Source of the DNA: an uncultured Candidatus Competibacteraceae bacterium
Lineage (GTDB): Bacteria; Bacteroidota; Bacteroidia; CAIKAF01
Reading direction: 5' to 3'
Assembly: GCA_964578885.1 (NCBI GenBank)
Contig: CAZOEO010000001.1
Span: forward strand, 222,110 to 286,109
DNA: 64,000 nucleotides
Part shown: piece by piece, positions 58,304 through 64,000 of the stretch
Position numbering within the stretch: position 1 is the stretch's first letter
Layout of the letters: each line of letters opens with the position of its first letter
Translations under genes and position numbers: made by a program
Notes under the pieces: model-generated
Seen by the model: only the letters and a program-made list of their open reading frames with translations
What the model was told of the DNA's origin: nothing
Database searches by the model: none

Positions 58304-59056
58304 ATGAAATATAAAGCCATCCTCATTGAAGATGATCCAAGCACTCGATTGGTCATTGAAAAAGGTCTGAAGGACATTCAGGCGCCCATCGAGCTTGTCG
58401 GCACCTATGGTGGCTTAGAAGAAGCCATGGTTCCGCTAGCTAGTCAGGGAGTCGATTTGGTTTTTCTGGACATAGAATTGGGACATGGCATTTCCGGTTT
58501 TGATTTATTTAAGGCCTTTCCCCGGCCGTATTTTGAAATTATTTTTGTGACCGGGCACCAGCAACATGCGTTGAAGGCCATTCAGTATGCTTGTTTGGAT
58601 TTTTTGGTAAAGCCCATTACCACCAATACTTTATCGCAGGCCTTACGGAGACTTTACGAGCGAAAGCAGCCCTTTATTTATCAGGAAAGGATTGCCTTGC
58701 TGTTACAGAACATTGCGGCTGATCCCAATCAATTGCATAAGATGGCTTTACCAAGCAAAGATGGGTATTTTATGCAGCCTTTGGCGACCATTTCCTATTT
58801 TAAAGCAGATGGAAATTATGCCAATATGTACACGTTGCAGCAACGAAATCCTGTATTTGTGGGCTATGGTCTTGGGCAATTGGAACAACTCTTGCCTTCC
58901 ACTTTTTTCAGGGCACATCGTTCGTATTTGGTGCATTTGAATCATGTGCAGGAAATACGAAAATCCACTTACCAGTTGATTATGGATGATGGCACGGTAC
59001 TGGATGTAAGCCAGCGGAGTTTGCCCATATTGCTGGAAAAAGTGCGATCATTTTAG
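58304..59056 (+). CDS. LytTR-family response regulator (LytR/AlgR type)
   Basis: Receiver domain (KAILIEDDP...D at FLDIEL) plus a C-terminal LytTR DNA-binding domain (FFRAHRSYLVHLNHV). Confidence 0.85.
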   Translation: MKYKAILIEDDPSTRLVIEKGLKDIQAPIELVGTYGGLEEAMVPLASQGVDLVFLDIELGHGISGFDLFKAFPRPYFEIIFVTGHQQHALKAIQYACLDFLVKPITTNTLSQALRRLYERKQPFIYQERIALLLQNIAADPNQLHKMALPSKDGYFMQPLATISYFKADGNYANMYTLQQRNPVFVGYGLGQLEQLLPSTFFRAHRSYLVHLNHVQEIRKSTYQLIMDDGTVLDVSQRSLPILLEKVRSF

Positions 59057-59101
59057 GTGTTTTTATTCATTTTTCTCTTAGTTTCCTCATCCATCCATGT
59101 G

Positions 59102-59130
59102 GCCCATCTCCGGATGGGCTTTTTGCTTTT
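59102..59130 (+). terminator. rho-independent terminator (GCCCATC-tccg-GATGGGC followed by TTTTTGCTTTT)
   Basis: Perfect 7-bp stem, 4-nt loop, and a U-tract 45 nt after the regulator's stop. Confidence 0.75.
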
Positions 59131-59212
59131 CCCGCACTTAAAGGGCGGAAAACTTAGCTTTAAATGCGAAAAACCTCACTCATCCAATTTATTCTGAAGC
59201 AGCCCTTTCATT

Positions 59213-61471
59213 ATGGATTTTTGCCTTATGAGAACATCCATCCTTTCCATTTTGGGGCTGTCCATTGGTATGCTTTGGGCACAAACCCCTTTTTATGAGG
59301 CATTAAAGCCTAGCCTTTCTTCGTCTGCGGGTCAAACCCGAACGATGACGCCCATGACCCTTCCGTCGGTGCCACCGCCCTATAGCAGAACAGGAAAATG
59401 GTTACATTCTCCAGAAGCGGGGAGTTCAAAGGGCAGTTCAAGAAAATGGCCACAACATTTGGCCACAAAACCAGCGTTTGATGGCACGGTGGTTCCGCAG
59501 GGCAAAAAAATCTATCAGCCTCACCAGTGGTATGCCTTAACAGAAGAAAATCAAGAAGGGTATTGGAAGCATGTGGATACCACGCGCATCATGCTGCAAT
59601 TGCGTGCAGAGTCAGACATTGAACAGCCGGCGTTGCGGCAATTGTTCGCTGCTTATGGTATAACGACCCAGCTGGGTAAGTCGATGTTCCCGGAACAAAT
59701 GGTGTTTTTCGAATATGCGTTTCCTTTAGGCACAGCGGCAGCCATGAAAGCATTTATTCGGGAATGTAAAAAACTAACTTTTGTTTTGGTGGCCGAACCT
59801 TCATCCAACTTTCAGTCAGAAGCTTGCGTACCCAATGACCCCATTTGGCAAGTGGTGAACGAATATTGGGGCGCATGGGTGGTGGGTGCAGATAGCGCCT
59901 ATTGTTATTTAAACCAACCCACCAAGCAAAGAATTGCCATACTCGATGATGCGGTAGAATGGTATCACCAAGATTTGGCAGAAACGGTTTGGTATGGCTA
60001 TGACTTTGCCAACAATGATAATGACCCTACCCCCGACATTCTTTCAGCGACCCACGGTACCCATGTAACCGGTATTTCCTCTGCCGAAATCAACAATGGC
60101 ATGGGACTTTCCGGCATTTCTCCGGATACGGTATACTTTGCTAAAGTGGGTTTGGCTAATGGCAGTCTTTCTAATACAGCCATAACAAATGCGATTCTTA
60201 CCATTGTAAATAGGCCACTTATTCGGGCTTACAATATGAGTTTTGGCGCATTTGCACCAAACAGTTCAATAGAGTCTGCCATTCAGCAAGCATGGAATGC
60301 AGGAAAACTTTCCATTGCGGCGGCAGGAAATGAAGACACCCAATCGCCTACCTATCCAGCGAATTACCAAAATGTTTTGGCCGTAAGTGCGGTGGGGGTC
60401 AATTCCAACGGATTTTTAAGTCCTGCATCTTATTCCAATTATGGAACTTGGATTGATATTTCAGCACCCGGAGGTGAGTTATCCACCAACTTTGGCATTT
60501 GGTCCAGCATCCCCGGGAATACGTACGCACCCAAACAAGGCACCTCTATGGCGGCGCCTTATGTTACCGGAGTGGCAGGACTTATTTTTGCGATTAATCC
60601 CTTTTTAACGGCCCAACAAGCACGAGACATCCTCATTCAGCAGTCGGTAGATTACGGCAGTACAGGATTTGATATTTATTATGGCCATGGTATTGTAAAT
60701 GCGTATGAATCTATTTTTGCCGCCTGCTCATTGCTCACACCCACTGCCAGTGCCGCTTCGCCTCAAATATGTGCAGGAGGTTCTGTTAACTTAACCACAG
60801 CGGCAAATCCCAATGCGCTCTACCAGTGGTATTTAAATGGTCAAATGATTCCGGGTGCACAACAACCTTCCGTGGCGGCTACGCAACAAGGAACGTATCA
60901 GGTGTATGTGCAATCCTTGGGAGGCTGTTATGGCTATTCCAATCCGGTTTCATTGAGTATCCAGCCCCTTGCTCAAGCCGAGTTTACATATAGCATTACC
61001 GGAAATACGGTTTCATTTTTCCAAAATTCCACCCATACCACAGGATATGCCTGGAATTTTGGTGATGGGAACACGAGTAACCAAGCCAATCCCGTACACA
61101 CATATGCTCAACCCGGCATTTATCAGGTTAGTTTAACGGCAAGCAATGTGTGCGGACCGCATACGGCTACAAAATCTTTTCCACTGGGAAATCTTGCCGC
61201 AGAGGAACATGATTTCCAACCGGGCTTTTCGGTTTATCCCAATCCGTCCTCCGGACCCCTACACATCACATGTGATTTGCCCAGACCCACTCCTTTAACC
61301 ATCCGCATCACCAACGTATTGGGCGCTATCGTTTATGAAGAAAACAAACCTTCCATGTCCGGTTCGTTTGTATTCGACATTCCTGATTTGTCGCTCTCCA
61401 CCGGAACGTATTTTCTTACGATGAAAACAGTTGATGGACAGTGGGTTGAAAAAATTCAGTTAAACAGATAA
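59213..61471 (+). CDS. S8-family subtilisin-like serine peptidase with PKD-like domain and T9SS C-terminal sorting domain
   Basis: Catalytic triad motifs (D region ILDDAVEW; HGTHVTGI; GTSMAAPYVTGVAGL). PKD-like segment (YAWNFGDGNTSNQANPVHTY). T9SS sorting domain (SVYPNPSSGPLHI...GTYFLTMKT...KIQLNR). Confidence 0.85.
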   Translation: MDFCLMRTSILSILGLSIGMLWAQTPFYEALKPSLSSSAGQTRTMTPMTLPSVPPPYSRTGKWLHSPEAGSSKGSSRKWPQHLATKPAFDGTVVPQGKKIYQPHQWYALTEENQEGYWKHVDTTRIMLQLRAESDIEQPALRQLFAAYGITTQLGKSMFPEQMVFFEYAFPLGTAAAMKAFIRECKKLTFVLVAEPSSNFQSEACVPNDPIWQVVNEYWGAWVVGADSAYCYLNQPTKQRIAILDDAVEWYHQDLAETVWYGYDFANNDNDPTPDILSATHGTHVTGISSAEINNGMGLSGISPDTVYFAKVGLANGSLSNTAITNAILTIVNRPLIRAYNMSFGAFAPNSSIESAIQQAWNAGKLSIAAAGNEDTQSPTYPANYQNVLAVSAVGVNSNGFLSPASYSNYGTWIDISAPGGELSTNFGIWSSIPGNTYAPKQGTSMAAPYVTGVAGLIFAINPFLTAQQARDILIQQSVDYGSTGFDIYYGHGIVNAYESIFAACSLLTPTASAASPQICAGGSVNLTTAANPNALYQWYLNGQMIPGAQQPSVAATQQGTYQVYVQSLGGCYGYSNPVSLSIQPLAQAEFTYSITGNTVSFFQNSTHTTGYAWNFGDGNTSNQANPVHTYAQPGIYQVSLTASNVCGPHTATKSFPLGNLAAEEHDFQPGFSVYPNPSSGPLHITCDLPRPTPLTIRITNVLGAIVYEENKPSMSGSFVFDIPDLSLSTGTYFLTMKTVDGQWVEKIQLNR

Positions 61472-62341
61472 AAGGGATTCATGGAAATCCCAATCTCGTC
61501 CCGGAGCCAAGGCCAGAAATCCCGGCATTTCTTCTTGTTCCCAACGATAGGTTAAAGGTCCGCCGTCGGTTAAACGCATCATTTGACCGCCGGCGGCCAG
61601 AACCAATGCATGTCCGGCAGCAATGTCCCAATGATGAAGTTGGCTGCTTCTTGGATAGGCATCGGCCAGTCCCCGGGCAATGCGAAGGAATTTTAAACTG
61701 GAGCCTACCCGTGCTTCTTCCCAGTTTTCACCGCGAAGCCTCAGTTTTTCTGTGAAACCACCTGCTCCTTGACGCATATCTCTGCGACTTCCCAGCAAAA
61801 TCCAATCTGATTTTTTGGGGAAAACGGAATTGAAGCGTTCCCACTGTTGGTTTTTCTTTTCAAACAAACCATCTCCAACCACACCCAACCATAATCCCTG
61901 GTCCTTTGGCAGTGCGGCGGGAGCGCACATGGCACCCAAAACGGGTTGGCTCTGATGAATCAATGCAATGTTGATGGTGAATTCACCGGTTCGCTCAATG
62001 AATTCCGTGGTTCCGTCAATCGGATCGACCAGCCAGAAGGTATCCGGCGAGCCATGCTGTAAGTCACGAATGCCTTCTTCGCTGCAAATGGGAAAAGGCG
62101 TTTCGGATAAAAGTTGATGAATGCGGGCATGCGCCGCCAAATCTGCTGTGGTCACTTGGGTCGCATCCGGTTTGTCAAAAATATCGACCCCGGAATGATA
62201 AAGCCGCAAAACTTCTGCTGAGGCTTCTTCAGCGGCCTGAGCAAGCAGCGGAATCCAAGCTGAAAAGTCGCTTTTCATCAATATAAATCTTCGATGCGCT
62301 GGCGTAAAAATCTCCCAACTGCCCAGCGCGTGCTCACCCAT
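61460..62341 (-). CDS. cysQ: inositol monophosphatase-family 3'(2'),5'-bisphosphate nucleotidase (CysQ-like)
   Basis: IMPase motifs (WLVDPIDGTTEF; WDIAAG). Confidence 0.75.
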   Translation of the reverse strand: MGEHALGSWEIFTPAHRRFILMKSDFSAWIPLLAQAAEEASAEVLRLYHSGVDIFDKPDATQVTTADLAAHARIHQLLSETPFPICSEEGIRDLQHGSPDTFWLVDPIDGTTEFIERTGEFTINIALIHQSQPVLGAMCAPAALPKDQGLWLGVVGDGLFEKKNQQWERFNSVFPKKSDWILLGSRRDMRQGAGGFTEKLRLRGENWEEARVGSSLKFLRIARGLADAYPRSSQLHHWDIAAGHALVLAAGGQMMRLTDGGPLTYRWEQEEMPGFLALAPGRDWDFHESLLSV

Positions 62342-63195
62342 GACACCAACATGGCCACCAAAGGCAAAACCAAACTGAGGCCAAACACCATCAGGAGTTG
62401 GTTTTGTGGTAAAACTTCAGGAAATTCCTGGTGGAAAAACCATAAAAGGACACAGAGGAAAGCGGCAGAAATGACGCCTCCTAAAAAGCCGTGCCAAAGG
62501 CCGGTACGTAGAAACGGACGGCGAATGAAACCTGGAGTGGCACCCACCAGTTGCATGGTTTTAATGATGAAACGGCGGCTATATAAACTTAAGCGAATCA
62601 AATGATTGATCAGGGCAACCATGATAAAACCCAATACGCCCAATAAGGCCAACAGCACGTAGGTAAGGGTTTGTACATTGGCATTCATCCCACGTACACC
62701 TTGCACATCGCCTTCTACTGCTATAAATTGCATTGGCCATCCTTGTAAAAGTCGTTCGGTGATTTGCGCGATGGAATCGGCATGCATATGACTGGGCGGT
62801 ACGCGCAATTCGATTAGCGCCGGCAATGGATTTTCGTCCAAGACTTCTAAAAAGTCATCGCCGTAAGCTGCCATGTATTCTTGTGTGGCTTGGTCCTGAG
62901 AAATGTAGGTTGCGGAGGAAACCCAGGGCTGGTCTTGCAATCCATTGACCAGATGAACTGCATCGGAAGGCGTAACCATGTCGGCCAAAACAATTTGCAT
63001 AGAAAACTGAGATTGGGCCAGACGTACCAGTTGCCCGGCGCCAAGCCAACTTAGCCCAAGAAGTCCGAGCACGGTCATCACCAATGAAATGGATACCACT
63101 GAGGTGAAATAGACCACACGTAAACCGGCCGTGGTTTTTGCTGGACGGATTTTTCCCATGTTGCAAAGTTCTCGATTAATCCTGAACAGCCGCAT
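62278..63195 (-). CDS. ftsX: cell division protein FtsX (permease-like)
   Basis: N-terminal cytoplasmic segment, a TM helix, a periplasmic domain and three C-terminal TMs. Overlaps cysQ by 64 nt; the true start may be the internal Met at 63159. Confidence 0.7.
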   Translation of the reverse strand: MRLFRINRELCNMGKIRPAKTTAGLRVVYFTSVVSISLVMTVLGLLGLSWLGAGQLVRLAQSQFSMQIVLADMVTPSDAVHLVNGLQDQPWVSSATYISQDQATQEYMAAYGDDFLEVLDENPLPALIELRVPPSHMHADSIAQITERLLQGWPMQFIAVEGDVQGVRGMNANVQTLTYVLLALLGVLGFIMVALINHLIRLSLYSRRFIIKTMQLVGATPGFIRRPFLRTGLWHGFLGGVISAAFLCVLLWFFHQEFPEVLPQNQLLMVFGLSLVLPLVAMLVSWVSTRWAVGRFLRQRIEDLY

Positions 63196-63333
63196 CAGCT
63201 GTCAAAGAACGTATTCACAATGGTTTGTTAATCCACATGGCACATCCAGTTCTTCAAAAAAAGTTAAGGCACGTCATAAATTCAATGGGATTTTCCCATA
63301 TTCATGGTATCATTGAGCAAAATTTACTTTTTC

Positions 63334-64000
63334 ATGAAAATTCGATTTTTAGCCCTAACCCTTTGGTTTGCCGCCGTTTCCTTGAGTGCGCAAACCCCAT
63401 CCACCCCAAGGAACTGGTTTCATTTACATCCAGAAACCGACGGATTTCAAGGGGTTTCCACTGAAAAGGGATATGAATTTGTTAAATCCAAAGGACGCAC
63501 TTCACGCACCGTGGTGGTCGCCGTGATCGACTCAGGAATCGATATCGATCATGAAGATTTAAAAGACAATATTTGGGTGAATCCCAAAGAGATTCCTGGC
63601 AATGGAAAAGATGATGACAACAATGGTTACATCGATGACATCCATGGCTGGAACTTCATTGGTGGCCGCAATGGCAGCCATACCGATAAAGATCCCCTTG
63701 AAGCCACGAGGATTGTAGCGGCCTGGAGTCATCGTTTCGATGGTAAATCGGCCAAAGATTTCAAAGGCATGGAGCGGGTTCAGTTCGAAACATACCAGCG
63801 CGCCAAAGCTTTGGTGGAAAAGGAAGCCGGAGAAGCCAACCAAAGTCTGAAATCTTACAGCCGCATTCATGCAGGTTTGGTAAGCCTGAATGCTGTGGCC
63901 AAGAAAAAAGGAACACATCCGGTAACGGCCTCCAACCTGGCCAGTGTGGATATCAGCGAAAATCCTGAATTGTCTCAGGCCAAAGGTGTTGCCGCTTCTG
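63334..64000 (+). CDS. S8-family subtilisin-like serine peptidase (5' partial; runs off the window end)
   Basis: Open frame from the ATG at 63334 with a signal peptide (MKIRFLALTLWFAAVSLSAQ), the subtilase Asp motif VAVIDSGIDIDHEDL, and a calcium-loop-like NGKDDDNNGYIDDIHGWNF. No stop before position 64000. Confidence 0.7.
   Translation, partial: MKIRFLALTLWFAAVSLSAQTPSTPRNWFHLHPETDGFQGVSTEKGYEFVKSKGRTSRTVVVAVIDSGIDIDHEDLKDNIWVNPKEIPGNGKDDDNNGYIDDIHGWNFIGGRNGSHTDKDPLEATRIVAAWSHRFDGKSAKDFKGMERVQFETYQRAKALVEKEAGEANQSLKSYSRIHAGLVSLNAVAKKKGTHPVTASNLASVDISENPELSQAKGVAAS

Noticed and set aside
1-64000. tRNA/rRNA/tmRNA genes, transposases, integrases and phage genes
   Set aside because: None of the intergenic gaps (all under 300 bp except 35720..36469) shows a cloverleaf-like tRNA structure or rRNA-like conservation. 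No protein resembles a DDE transposase, tyrosine/serine recombinase or phage structural protein.

Overview
The window is 64 kb of a Bacteroidota-type chromosome at about 48-50% GC, with closely packed genes, type IX secretion (T9SS) C-terminal sorting domains on several secreted proteins, and no obvious Shine-Dalgarno dependence. Most of it is housekeeping: serC-serA-DUF1015-NUDIX, FloA/NfeD, ClpS, dtd-MazG, rimK with a desuccinylase-like gene, lspA, a type-2 ileS, rodA/ftsW, trkA, photolyase, rluD, cysQ, ftsX, an M16 peptidase, a bacilliredoxin-family protein and a LytS/LytTR-type two-component pair. The outstanding feature is a five-gene, same-strand locus at 17346..35719. It centres on a 13.7 kb gene for a 4551-aa secreted protein built from about 42 tandem copies of a roughly 95-aa module (core 'EYFWDTDPGxGxGT ... 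GxHTLxVRxR ... GxWSxxHxFPVxV') that I do not recognise. The copies cycle through three subtypes, giving about 14 super-repeats of roughly 285 aa. The protein ends in Ig-like domains and a T9SS C-terminal sorting domain. Two paralogous parallel beta-helix (PbH1) secreted proteins sit on each side of it (four in total), and each ends in what looks like a single degenerate copy of the same module. Other notable features are a 166-bp tandem repeat (about 2.4 copies) in the convergent intergenic region after this locus, an AT-rich islet of four ORFan genes at the left edge, a sigma-54 activator without a DNA-binding domain, and two T9SS subtilases. No tRNA, rRNA, CRISPR array, transposase or integrase was found.
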